64,000 nucleotides of DNA from Bdellovibrionaceae bacterium UBA2339 (GCA_002344785.1 DDUL01000047.1:2247-66246), one strand, 5' to 3'. Shown: positions 1 to 9,104, counted from the first letter of the stretch. The notes: generated by a model not told the origin, from the letters alone. Translations and numbers: made by a program.

Positions 1-848
1 CTGTTGACGTAAGTTCCCACAACAGCCACGTGTCCGTTGGCTAAAAACTGTTTAACGTTTGCAATCGCGCTATCCGTGCCGATCCCGATCGAGGCCACTG
101 CGCGCATGCGGGTGAACAGCGCCTTGCGCCAGTGTTCTTCGTTGGTGCTCCATGAGAGATAGTCTGATGAGTTATAGGGGAGCTCGGCGTGGAGGGCTGC
201 GCCGTGGTTTTGCAGGAGTGCGAATGCCGAAGAGAATGTCGAGCCGGCGTCTTGGCCACCATTGATCATATTGTAAGTCCATCGCGGAGCGAACACGCTT
301 TCGCCAAGCTTGTTGTTGCAACCCTTTTGCAAACAGTACTCGTGGCTCATGGCATAGTAGGTGGTGGCCCATCCGACACATGATCCTTGTGCACCTTGAT
401 TGCCGATGTTGGGAAACGCTGCGAGCGTTGAGTTATCGACTTGAGTTGGAGTACTGGAGATCGTGGGCTCGGACAGCGAACTCGCGCTTGCGTCCGTCGA
501 CGCGGCATCTTGAGTGCTGGTCGATACGATGTCGAACTCGGACTGCGACTTCTTTGGAGTTGGCAAGGGAGATTGTCCTCGGGCCGCGCGCTCTCGATTG
601 ACTCGCTCGATCGCGAGTGAGTTAGGTCGTACGGTGCGAATCACTCGCGCCTTGAGAATTCGTTCTTCGTCAGCTGACCACTTTAAGCCTTTAGCTCTGA
701 GTGCATCTTCATCGACGGGCGAGGCGTTGAAGTAAAAGAGTTGCAGAGCAATCAGCGCCAGCCCCAAGGTCAGCATTGCCCGACGTCGAGGTGAGGGCTG
801 AAGCAAGGATTGAATGGCCGAGATCACTGAGCGCATTGAGGTTCTCAT
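1..848 (-). CDS. Papain-like (peptidase C1 family) cysteine protease, N-terminal 282 codons; the 3' end lies beyond the window start
   Basis: Absent from the ORF track because it has no stop in the window. My manual translation of the reverse strand from ATG (848-846) stays open to position 1. GGAGG (revcomp of 854-858) sits 5 nt upstream. The product has an N-terminal membrane anchor (AMLTLGLALIALQLFYF) and a Ser/Thr-rich linker. It then has FPNIGNQGAQGSCVGWATTYY, the Gln...Cys-x-x-Trp catalytic-Cys block of C1 peptidases, followed by ANVKQFLANGHVAVVGTYV. Confidence 0.6.
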   Translation of the reverse strand, partial: MRTSMRSVISAIQSLLQPSPRRRAMLTLGLALIALQLFYFNASPVDEDALRAKGLKWSADEERILKARVIRTVRPNSLAIERVNRERAARGQSPLPTPKKSQSEFDIVSTSTQDAASTDASASSLSEPTISSTPTQVDNSTLAAFPNIGNQGAQGSCVGWATTYYAMSHEYCLQKGCNNKLGESVFAPRWTYNMINGGQDAGSTFSSAFALLQNHGAALHAELPYNSSDYLSWSTNEEHWRKALFTRMRAVASIGIGTDSAIANVKQFLANGHVAVVGTYVN

Positions 849-1216
849 AGTTGCCTCCACAAAGTTGGAGATAGGGCTCGGCCTTGAGCTCAATCGGACG
901 GACTCATTGAATTACGAAAACGCAATTAACCTAGGTGAGTCGCTCCCATACTGACGTCCGACATCCGGCGACCTGCGGTTCTCATTCATCTTGGCAGAAC
1001 TTCGCGCCTCAAGCCTCAACCTGATTGCATTTCGGATCAGCTTGGAACGTTCAAAGTGAGGCAGTGTTGAAGGTTTGGATGGGCGTTAGGTTTCCGAATT
1101 CAACTGGCTCACTTGAGTGGTAGTGGTTTCAGCTCAGGAGATTGGCCGACGCTTCAAACTTATGCGCTTTGAGGGCGAGCTCAATGGACTTAAAAGCCAT
1201 TAGCTTAGATCTCGCC

Positions 1217-2611
1217 CTAAGGAGATTTTGGACTCTGGGGGGTTGGGCCCGTAGAAGTTGTTTGGGATCTGCCAGAGGTGCAGAGGTCAATTTTCCCTTC
1301 AGCTTTCAGGTTCTTAGCGTCACGACCACTCAAGTGTGCCAGCTGGGAGAGTACCACGGACGCAATCCGTCGATACCCCAACTCGTTATACTGAATCGCA
1401 TCTGTCCTCATGATGATGATGGCTTGATTGGAGACTTGTTCTTTTGTGACGCCGATCTCGTCAAGCCAGTTGGGCTTTGACCAGAAGGCCTCGACCTCTT
1501 CGGCTGTGGCGGGCACATCGCGAACGGCGCTGGTGGTGTCGATCAAGTAACTGTTCTGGGCGGGCTGGTGATAAGGCTCGTATTCGCTACGGTCGATGGA
1601 GACTCCGTCGTGTCTCAGAAACACGATGGGGATCTTGCGTTCGCGGGCCCATTGTTGAGCACGGCGATTGGCCTCTCGCCAACCGCTGAGACTGGCTTCG
1701 CGATCAAGCTCTGTGACTTTTCGCTCGAGACGAATGCAGAGCTCCCATCGGCGCAGTTGGGAGCGCGCGCAGAGGCGACGCAGTTGTTGAATGGAGGAAC
1801 CGACGCGGCGAATTCGTTCGGCGTCGCCGCCGCCTGTGTCGCCCTGGTCAGTTCGCAGATACTTTTCGATCCAGCCGTAGTCCCAGATGATGAGATCGGG
1901 GCGGATTTGATCTCCTTCTGCGCTCAGTCTCGACCAGCCCATGATGGCGGTGGCGCCTTGGCGACCACCGTTGAGAAACTGAAAGCGGGGTGGACGTGTG
2001 CAGCCCTGAGCTTTGAGTTCGTTTTGAAATTGTGGCGAGTTCATTGAAGTCTCAAGTCGAGCGGCGTAGGTCTCGTCATCGTTTACGGCGTGACCAAATG
2101 CGGGGTACGAGCCGAGCACGAGAACTCGGAAGATGGGTTGTGAAGTAGTTCTCTTGGTGAGTGGCGCGCTCATTTGACCATCGTTGGATCGAAAGCCTTC
2201 AGCTGTCGAAGTGATGGTGTGAAGCGAAGGGCTATCGGGATGGCGGAGGAAGTTCGGGACTTTCCACTGCTGAGAGACCGGCAAACGAGTTCGCGTGAGA
2301 ATGCGCTGCATGCGCTCGGGATCATCGAAGCCGCGATTCACGAAAGTGTCGAGAGGTGGTGAGAAGATGTTCGGTCGCTGGTCGGGTGGCGTGAGCCAAA
2401 GCCGATCAATGCGCGGTTGAACCGCCTTGCGCATGGCTGCTCGCTGAAGATCGCCGGCGGGGATCAAGCCGGACGCGTTGGTGGTGAGTGAAGTCGGTCG
2501 TTCGCGATCAAGGCGGTAAATTCCCTCGACAGCCAACAGCGCCAAGAGCGTCGAACCGATCATCAAGGTGAGCCACTTTGCTGTGAGCAAAATTCGATTG
2601 GTGTTGGGCAT
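1217..2611 (-). CDS. Membrane-anchored SGNH/GDSL-like protein, probably catalytically inactive paralog of 2722..3924
   Basis: 464-aa ORF with an N-terminal TM helix (WLTLMIGSTLLALLAVEGI). It aligns to its neighbour at block I (VLVLGSYPAFGHAV vs VLLLGPSSAFGWGV), block III (IIWDYGWIE vs LLAYGVNDI) and block V (TDAIQYNELGY vs VDPIHFSVVGH). In this copy the Ser, Asn and His positions read Y, I and Q. Confidence 0.5.
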   Translation of the reverse strand: MPNTNRILLTAKWLTLMIGSTLLALLAVEGIYRLDRERPTSLTTNASGLIPAGDLQRAAMRKAVQPRIDRLWLTPPDQRPNIFSPPLDTFVNRGFDDPERMQRILTRTRLPVSQQWKVPNFLRHPDSPSLHTITSTAEGFRSNDGQMSAPLTKRTTSQPIFRVLVLGSYPAFGHAVNDDETYAARLETSMNSPQFQNELKAQGCTRPPRFQFLNGGRQGATAIMGWSRLSAEGDQIRPDLIIWDYGWIEKYLRTDQGDTGGGDAERIRRVGSSIQQLRRLCARSQLRRWELCIRLERKVTELDREASLSGWREANRRAQQWARERKIPIVFLRHDGVSIDRSEYEPYHQPAQNSYLIDTTSAVRDVPATAEEVEAFWSKPNWLDEIGVTKEQVSNQAIIIMRTDAIQYNELGYRRIASVVLSQLAHLSGRDAKNLKAEGKIDLCTSGRSQTTSTGPTPQSPKSP

Positions 2612-2721
2612 GCCTCATTATCCAAACACAAGTGAGGTTTGGGCCCAAGTCAATTTCGGCCGTTGAGCGAGGGCCTCACGCTGACTGTTGACAGGCTCGT
2701 GACTCGGCTCTCCAATGTGGC

Positions 2722-3924
2722 ATGCAATGGCGAAGAAGATTGTTGGTCATGCTCATCGCAAGCGGTTTTTGGTTACTCGTCGCCGAGTTGGGTGCTCGAG
2801 TTTGGCGAGGAATTGCCGCTGATCCGCTTGATCGAGCGCGGCGAGTGATGCGCACGCACGATGATCGGCTATGGATGATGCGGCCCGATTTGCAGACTGA
2901 GTTTGAAGGCGCGGAGTTGCATACCGACGAAGCTGGATTTCGAAAGTCAGGGCGCGAGGCCTCGGATGACTTTGTTGTGCGTTTGAAGAATGCCGAAGTG
3001 CTGTTGCTTGGTCCTTCTTCGGCGTTTGGATGGGGAGTGAGCGCGGAGCAAACGTATTTGCATTTGGCGCTTCAGTCTGTGGCGGCAAGGGGTGTGAACC
3101 TCTCGCAAGTTGGCTATGGCTTGCAGCAAGGAATTGAAACTTGGCGTGAGATCGCCGCGCAGGTGCCGGAGCTTTTGGAGTCGGCGAAGTCACCGCGTGT
3201 GATCTTGTTGGCTTATGGCGTGAATGACATCGATCGGGCTCGCTTCTTCGTTTCCAATGGTCGACCAGATCGGGAATTTTTTGGCGATCAAAGCGACGAG
3301 GAGTCTCGACGGGTTTGGCATCAGCAATTGCGAAGTGAGTCGCAATTCATTTCAACGGCGCTGGGGCAAATGCTGCTCCGTTCGCTTCAGGAATTGGCCT
3401 TTGCGGTCGGCTGCGCCAGCCCCCACAAATTGGAGACTCGCTCAACGCCCGAGGAGTTTATCGAGCTGTTGCTGAGGTGGAAAACGGATCTCGAAAATTT
3501 GGGTCACAAAGTCATCGTCTTGGACTCGCCCTTTCGGTATCCATTTGATTTAGATCAAGGCTTGGCGATTCAGGCCGAAACTTGGTTTGCGAAATCGGCC
3601 GAGTCCTCTCGAGCTGGAGATTGTGGCGAAGCGAGGCGCTGGTTGCGTGAAGCCAGGCGGGCCGAACCTCATCGAGTGATGATGAGTCTGCAAAAAATTA
3701 ATGTCCTCTTGGATGAGGCCTTTGGTGAATCCGCAGCGCCGACGCCATCCATATCAGAGGGCCAAGGCGGCTATGTTCGCGTTCGAAATGAATTGAGTTC
3801 GCCTGAGGATTTTGTTGATCCCATTCATTTTTCGGTCGTTGGGCATCAGAAAATTGAGGCGAAGTTGCGTCCATTTCTGTTGCGGGCCTTGCCGAGAAGT
3901 GAAGAGGCTCGCGCGGAGAAATAA
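2722..3924 (+). CDS. Membrane-anchored SGNH/GDSL-family hydrolase (esterase/acyltransferase-like)
   Basis: 400-aa ORF with an N-terminal TM helix (LLVMLIASGFWLLVAELG). SGNH blocks are recognisable: I = LLLGPSSAFGWG, III = AYGVND, V = DPIHFS (D-x-x-H). Confidence 0.55.
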   Translation: MQWRRRLLVMLIASGFWLLVAELGARVWRGIAADPLDRARRVMRTHDDRLWMMRPDLQTEFEGAELHTDEAGFRKSGREASDDFVVRLKNAEVLLLGPSSAFGWGVSAEQTYLHLALQSVAARGVNLSQVGYGLQQGIETWREIAAQVPELLESAKSPRVILLAYGVNDIDRARFFVSNGRPDREFFGDQSDEESRRVWHQQLRSESQFISTALGQMLLRSLQELAFAVGCASPHKLETRSTPEEFIELLLRWKTDLENLGHKVIVLDSPFRYPFDLDQGLAIQAETWFAKSAESSRAGDCGEARRWLREARRAEPHRVMMSLQKINVLLDEAFGESAAPTPSISEGQGGYVRVRNELSSPEDFVDPIHFSVVGHQKIEAKLRPFLLRALPRSEEARAEK

Positions 3925-3983
3925 CGGGGCAAAGTGATCTAAAAATAAATTGACGGGAACTTAGCTCAAGCGATGATGGTCCT

Positions 3984-4241
3984 ATGTCAGATCTTCCGCC
4001 CAATTCACAGAACCAAGATCCCAAATCGCCCAACACGGCATCTCAGAAAACGGCCACTGAGAGCAACACGTCTGTGCCACCGCGGACTCTCAAGGAGTTT
4101 GTGTTCTTTGTATTGGCGCGCATTCGGCAAGAGGGGAAGTGGTGGCTCATCCCGCTTTGGATTCTTCTCGTGATCTTGGCCGTGCTGCTGGTGTTGTCGG
4201 GAAATGGAGCTTTGTTGCCGGCGATCTACTTGGCGTTTTAG
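3984..4241 (+). CDS. Small membrane protein of the DUF5989 type
   Basis: 85 aa. The C-terminal half, KWWLIPLWILLVILAVLLVLSGNGALLPAIYLAF, matches the pattern I remember for DUF5989 (K-W-W-L-x-P ... hydrophobic ... A-L-x-P-x-I-Y-x-x-F at the C-terminus). The polar N-terminal extension is unusual. Confidence 0.55.
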   Translation: MSDLPPNSQNQDPKSPNTASQKTATESNTSVPPRTLKEFVFFVLARIRQEGKWWLIPLWILLVILAVLLVLSGNGALLPAIYLAF

Positions 4242-4247
4242 TTCACA

Positions 4248-4310
4248 GATCCGTACGCAACTTCAGTCTGTCTCACTCTGAGACAGACTGAAGTTGCGAG
4301 TGGACGGATC
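4248..4310 (+). terminator. Long near-perfect hairpin downstream of the DUF5989 gene (terminator-like, no U-tract)
   Basis: GCAACTTCAGTCTGTCTCA (4257-4275), CTC loop, then TGAGACAGACTGAAGTTGC (4279-4297) form a perfect 19-bp stem. GATCCGT (4248-4254) and ACGGATC (4304-4310) extend it across a bulge. Confidence 0.55.
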
Positions 4311-4474
4311 GCTCGATGAGCCGAAGCTGGCGAAGTTCAGTCTCAATTCTATGCGAATTAAGGGGCATATGGCGGCGCCTTGGCTGTCGAACTGATGAAC
4401 GAAAATCAGGATTTCGACAGCTGTCCAATCGCCGTTCACCTGTATAAAAGTTCTCAGCTGTCACCGGACTTGCA

Positions 4475-5725
4475 ATGACCTTCCATCGAGCGATGGCGCG
4501 TGAGCTGGATTCGCAGTTCGAAAGCGCCGATGAGTCAAGACGACCAGACGCTCAATGGGGGAACGTCCAAATGAACAACGTGAGCAACTCAAAGACACGG
4601 ATCAAAATGAAACACCTGAGCCCTGGTCGCTTCAAAGCAGGTCTGCTGTTGTCGTCATCTTTATTATTGATGATTGGCTTCCAGAACTGCTCGAGCCCAA
4701 TGAACATGACCCAAGTCGACGGCTTCTACAATGCCGACAAAGGCGGAGAAGCTGGGCCGATCGAAGATGGTCAGTTGAATGAAGGCTTGGTTCCTCCTCA
4801 GGGTCCCGTTGCGCCCGCGCTTCCGCCTGCACAAGATGACGAAGATGATTCGTCGGAAATGCCGGAGCAAATGCCTTCGCCAACGCCTCCCTCACGAGAT
4901 GACGACGAAGATGACGATCAAGATATGATGCCTCCCGTTGCTCCTACACCGACGCCGACACCTGTGGCGACGCCGCCTTATATGGCGCCTTCGCCGACGC
5001 CTGTGGCCTCGCCCACGCCGCCTTCACAAGATGATGAAGAAGATCATGATGATCATCATCAAGTCGTGATCGACGATTCGAATCGCGGTTTGCGCGGTGG
5101 ACACATTGATGTTCAGGTCGCATCCAAGGTCTACGCCTTTAACTCCGGTGCCGTCGATGCGCACGCACATGCATACGATGACAAGCATCACACCAATGTC
5201 GTCGACATGATGGATCTCAAAGAGAGCGGCATGGCCAATGTGCAAGACGCGGTGCCGAGTTCGAAGGTGTTTGTCGTGACACTGGCCAACGCTCACTTGA
5301 ACCCTGGTGCGGTGATCGAGATCAACGGTGTTTCGATGACAGCTGCTGAGTATCAACGTCGCGTTGATCGTGCGCTGGCAGGTGGTGCGCCATTGCAATC
5401 TCTGTCGATTGGTCAGGCAGGAAGTGTGGCCCAGCTTTCCTCACTGAAGATCAAGTACGATGTGATGGCACTTAAGCAGAACCAAGTGCATCGCACGCAG
5501 ATCAAGTGTGTGGTCGAGAACCGCGAGGGCGCAGGCGGAGAGTATCGTCACGGCGCCTTGGTGGTGCAAGTGCACGCTCTTGACAGCATCAAGATGGATT
5601 CACAGATGCGCGTGTCCGCTCCGAACGGCGGGCTGTTGTGGGAAGCTTCGATCTTCCATCACCACGGCGACGGCGAGTGCATCAATGAGTCGAATTCACC
5701 CAACGGTAACAGCAAGAAGAAGTGA
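4475..5725 (+). CDS. Lipoprotein of unknown function with an acidic/Pro-rich linker and a conserved His-cluster C-terminal domain (paralog A)
   Basis: 416-aa ORF. The likelier start is ATG 4607 (MKHLSPGRFKAGLLLSSSLLLMIGFQNC, lipobox-like GFQNC). The linker has repeated PSPTPPS-DDDEDD units. The C-terminal roughly 210 aa align along their length with 5854..6723. Confidence 0.6.
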   Translation: MTFHRAMARELDSQFESADESRRPDAQWGNVQMNNVSNSKTRIKMKHLSPGRFKAGLLLSSSLLLMIGFQNCSSPMNMTQVDGFYNADKGGEAGPIEDGQLNEGLVPPQGPVAPALPPAQDDEDDSSEMPEQMPSPTPPSRDDDEDDDQDMMPPVAPTPTPTPVATPPYMAPSPTPVASPTPPSQDDEEDHDDHHQVVIDDSNRGLRGGHIDVQVASKVYAFNSGAVDAHAHAYDDKHHTNVVDMMDLKESGMANVQDAVPSSKVFVVTLANAHLNPGAVIEINGVSMTAAEYQRRVDRALAGGAPLQSLSIGQAGSVAQLSSLKIKYDVMALKQNQVHRTQIKCVVENREGAGGEYRHGALVVQVHALDSIKMDSQMRVSAPNGGLLWEASIFHHHGDGECINESNSPNGNSKKK

Positions 5726-5740
5726 GTCTGACTTGCGGGG

Positions 5741-5771
5741 GAGCGGCGGCAATCCATGGGATCCGCCGCTC
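5741..5771 (+). terminator. GC-rich hairpin between the two lipoprotein paralogs (possible terminator, no U-tract)
   Basis: GAGCGGCGGCAATCC-ATG-GGATCCGCCGCTC forms a 13-bp stem with a 2-nt bulge, 16 nt after the stop of 4475..5725. Confidence 0.3.
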
Positions 5772-5853
5772 GGCGGGTTGCCAACGGGGCTGCGAATTGA
5801 GCTGCAGATTTTTGAGTGACTGACTCGGTGGGCGGGAAATTCGACGAAGAGTT

Positions 5854-6723
5854 TTGTGGGGTAGCGAAATGTTCAGAACCAACGACGACAAAATTGGAGT
5901 TCAAGCTGGCAAAGTGGCCGCGTCGGCGTGTCTCTTTGGCCTCGCTCTGCTGCTCGGTGGCTATCAAAACTGTTCGACGAAATTTGATATGGCCGCGACC
6001 GATCAGTTTAAGAGTCTCAATTGTGATGAAGGTGAATGCGGCGACTCGCATGACCATGCTGATGAGAACCGCGGCCTGCTCGCGGGGCATTTCGACTTCG
6101 ATACCGCGGGCAAAGTCTATTCATCGCGTGAGGGTCGGACCACTCGACATGAGCATGCGTACGACGACACCCACGATCTCACGCATGTGGACTTCTTTAA
6201 CATGCGACACTCCTCGCATCACTCGGATCGGAAGTTTCTGCAAATTCGCGACGCTCTCGGTGGCAGCACCTCGAAGGTGTTTGTCATCACGGTCGCAAAC
6301 GCTGAGCTTTCGCCAGGCGGAATTTTGGAAATCAATGGTGTGGACTATCCGGTGGTCAGCTATCAGAACTCACAAGATGCGGCCGTTGCAGGTACGGGGC
6401 CGGCTCTGGCGCGCTTCTCGCTCGCAGGTGGAGCAACGTCCACGGCCTTGAGCTCGCTGAAACTTAAGTTTGCCAAAGACGCGATCGTCAAAGGCCAATT
6501 GCTGACGACGGTTTGGTGGTGCCCGGTTGAAAACTACCCGGGCGCCAAGGGCGAATATCGAAACGGTGCTTTGCTCGTGCAGATTCACGAGATTGAGCGC
6601 TTCAAGCTCAACTCCAAGCGTGTCGCGCCATCCGACGGTGGGCTCGTGTGGGAAGGGATGGTCTTTCACCATCCCAAGGAACTCGACACTTGCTATGGCG
6701 GTCACAAGCGCGAGAGAGATTAA
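5854..6723 (+). CDS. Lipoprotein of unknown function, His-cluster domain (paralog B)
   Basis: 289 aa with a signal plus lipobox-like LLLGGYQNC. Shared blocks with paralog A: GH(F/I)D, (H)xHAYDDxH, SKVFV(I/V)T(V/L)ANA, EINGV, GEYR(N/H)GAL(L/V)VQ(I/V)H, GGL(V/L)WE, FHH. Confidence 0.6.
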   Translation: MWGSEMFRTNDDKIGVQAGKVAASACLFGLALLLGGYQNCSTKFDMAATDQFKSLNCDEGECGDSHDHADENRGLLAGHFDFDTAGKVYSSREGRTTRHEHAYDDTHDLTHVDFFNMRHSSHHSDRKFLQIRDALGGSTSKVFVITVANAELSPGGILEINGVDYPVVSYQNSQDAAVAGTGPALARFSLAGGATSTALSSLKLKFAKDAIVKGQLLTTVWWCPVENYPGAKGEYRNGALLVQIHEIERFKLNSKRVAPSDGGLVWEGMVFHHPKELDTCYGGHKRERD

Positions 6724-7244
6724 GCGCCACGCTTGGCCGCAAGTTCCTTCCAGCCTTCGCGATCAAAAAGAATAACCGCGCGATCACCTGTCGGCTTGAA
6801 GAAGTGCACGTATCCAAGTCCAAAACGAGGGTGCCGAACCGGCCCTTCGCGTAGAGCGGCGCCCATTTGGTAAAGCTGTGGGTCGGTGTGAGGCGCTGTG
6901 CTCGAGGCCGGTGGCGCGATCAAATCTCCGTCGGCAGAACGATCAATGAAGAAGTACTCACCCTGCTTGGCCGTGCGCGGAGCCGCGAGCTGGAGAGGTC
7001 GCCAGTTTTCAAACTCAATGATGAACTTTCCATTCATGGGCAGAATGCGCCGAACGCTGGCTTTGCCGATAATCTGATTCTGTTTTTGGTGGGTGGCATA
7101 AATGTAGATCCACAGCCCGCGGTGATCTTCAATGGCTTCGCGGACTCGGGCCGTGGTTGTGATGCTGATCAGGCGCTCTTTATCCCATAGATTTTCGAAG
7201 CTTTGCTTTTCTTGCGGTGGGTGAACGACGAGATAGAGGCTCAT
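6720..7244 (-). CDS. Hypothetical cytoplasmic protein with a C-terminal Tudor/DUF3553-like motif
   Basis: 174 aa. The C-terminus, VRHPRFGLGYVHFFKPTGDRAVILFDREGWKEL, resembles the small SH3/Tudor-like module found at UvrD/PcrA C-termini and in DUF3553 (V-x-H-x-x-F-G-x-G-x-V ... V-x-F ... G-x-K-x-L). I do not recognise the N-terminal domain. Confidence 0.4.
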   Translation of the reverse strand: MSLYLVVHPPQEKQSFENLWDKERLISITTTARVREAIEDHRGLWIYIYATHQKQNQIIGKASVRRILPMNGKFIIEFENWRPLQLAAPRTAKQGEYFFIDRSADGDLIAPPASSTAPHTDPQLYQMGAALREGPVRHPRFGLGYVHFFKPTGDRAVILFDREGWKELAAKRGA

Positions 7245-7424
7245 GCGAGATCGTCCTTTCGCGGGGATTGAAAGTGTGCGGCGACTTCATGAGTGTGCCA
7301 ATTCCCAAGTAGGGGGCCGAGTCCAGACGCAACGTTTCGAAGTCGCAAGACACGGTTGGGTCGCGCGTTGAGAATCGCGTTAAGTACTTGAGTCCACGAA
7401 GGGGCGATGGGTCTGGACTTGAAT

Positions 7425-8966
7425 TTAGTCCCGACTGCGGATCACTAACCCACACAGGTGTCGCCCATGCGACGCGAGCAAGCTTTCCAAATCACGACAG
7501 GACGTCATTTGATCAGTGTCTCGGGATGCGTTTTGCGTGATCGAGCAGAGCATGTCTCGCCAAGCTCCGTCGACCTCGCTCAGTCGAGCCAGCTCTGTCC
7601 ACGGAATTGAGCCAGTGTTCAGGCCCGTGATTTGCCGCGTGCAAGCTTCGCGCACCTCAGGGGACACGGCATTCGCTCGCTGTTGGACATCGACGCTCTT
7701 TGTACGATGGGTCTCTTGAATTTTCACGTAACTGAATGACGCCCAATTCACAGGCTCTTGCGACAACGCCAGTTCCGCAGGCGCACTCGAGCGGAGCCTT
7801 TGCGCTTGCGACCGCAGGCTCGGCTGGGAGTCGCGACTGAGTTGGCGAATGAAATTGCGCAAGAAGACTTCGTTGATTTGCGCCGAAGCCGCAGACGGCT
7901 GGGCGGATGATCCGTAGGCTTGATTTTGGCGTGCGCGAAGGGGGTGAAGCGGACCAAGGTGAACTTGCAGCGAAGTAACTGGACCGAGCCGAGCAGAGGG
8001 GGGCGAATGCGGCGAGGCTGTCGGACGCAAGTCGTTGAGCGATCTTTGCCAAGCCGAGATCCACGATAGAGCCAGCTGAGCGCTGGGAATTTCGCGAGTA
8101 TTCGTGAAATCTTGGGTCCACGCGATCCACATGTTCATGTGATTTGAGTGCTGGGTTGGCGACGCTGAGTTCAGCGTCGATTGGAGTTCCGTGGCTTCGC
8201 AATGATGCAAAGCCAACCAGGTCAGCTCGAGACTCCAGAGACTGCGCGAATGACGGATGCGATCGCGGCAAGCATTTTCAGCAAGCTGAAAGCTCATATG
8301 AGGAGTCGCGCCGAGACTCCAGACTTGGGCCACCAATTGCGCTTCACCAGTAACTTGTGGACCGCCTGCGATGCAGTCGCAACGGACGAGATCAAGCCGC
8401 GAAGATTGGATCATCTCTTGGGACTCGCGCGCGAGAGCCTGTGTGCGGCGATCGTCGAGCACATCCAAACTGAGTAGTTGGAGATGAGATTGAGAAGGTC
8501 GCAGTGATCGAGCTTGAGTTCCTGTGATTTGATCGGCGACAGCCACACGAGGTGGGGATTCTTCGCGGCGAGGTGAGTTTCGAAAGACTTCAGCGGGACC
8601 GATTGGCGTTGACCAGCGCAAAATCCAGGCGGCGTTTCGCTCACCAAGATTGCGGACTTCCGCGGTGACAGGCAGGTTGAGTGCGGGGGCCTGTCGGGCG
8701 CGAAGTTGGGAATCAGTCTGGTCCGCATGCGAAGGACTTAAGATGAGCGCATGTGCGACGAAGCTCACGACCAAGACAAAGTTAGGGCGAAGTCGTGGGC
8801 CCGCATGAGCTGAAGAGTCTTTCAGAATCGAAGCGTTGAAATTCATGTGCAGCCCTTGATTCATATTTGAAGACTGGAGCTGGAGCCAATGGCGACGAGC
8901 CCAGTGGCCCAGATCAACTGGAAGCCGTGGGCCTGGATCGCAATCTGATTGGATAGCAATTCCCAT
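7425..8966 (-). CDS. Hypothetical secreted protein
   Basis: 513-aa ORF. An internal start at 8846 (MNFNAS...) gives a signal-peptide-like FVLVVSFVAHALILSPSHA. The protein is rich in Ser, Leu, Gln and Arg. I recognise no motif. Confidence 0.45.
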   Translation of the reverse strand: MGIAIQSDCDPGPRLPVDLGHWARRHWLQLQSSNMNQGLHMNFNASILKDSSAHAGPRLRPNFVLVVSFVAHALILSPSHADQTDSQLRARQAPALNLPVTAEVRNLGERNAAWILRWSTPIGPAEVFRNSPRREESPPRVAVADQITGTQARSLRPSQSHLQLLSLDVLDDRRTQALARESQEMIQSSRLDLVRCDCIAGGPQVTGEAQLVAQVWSLGATPHMSFQLAENACRDRIRHSRSLWSLELTWLALHHCEATELQSTLNSASPTQHSNHMNMWIAWTQDFTNTREIPSAQLALSWISAWQRSLNDLRPTASPHSPPSARLGPVTSLQVHLGPLHPLRARQNQAYGSSAQPSAASAQINEVFLRNFIRQLSRDSQPSLRSQAQRLRSSAPAELALSQEPVNWASFSYVKIQETHRTKSVDVQQRANAVSPEVREACTRQITGLNTGSIPWTELARLSEVDGAWRDMLCSITQNASRDTDQMTSCRDLESLLASHGRHLCGLVIRSRD

Positions 8967-9104
8967 GTTCGAGTCCGCTCAGCTCAGGTCAGCGACATTC
9001 GACTCTAAGGTGCTGGCATCGAGCCGCCGTCATGAAATGAGGCGGAAAAGTGGCGGCTGAGGCAATTTTCCGTAAGGATATGAGCCGCAAAAGTTCGGAG
9101 GTGT

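Noticed and set aside
4248-4346. Dispersed repeat family linking the 4248 hairpin with the 51040-51113 region
   Set aside because: Both regions share the motifs GATCCGT/ACGGAT and CAGACTGAA. The order and spacing of the motifs differ, and only 7-9-mers are shared. This is most likely coincidence. A genome-wide search would be needed to revisit it.
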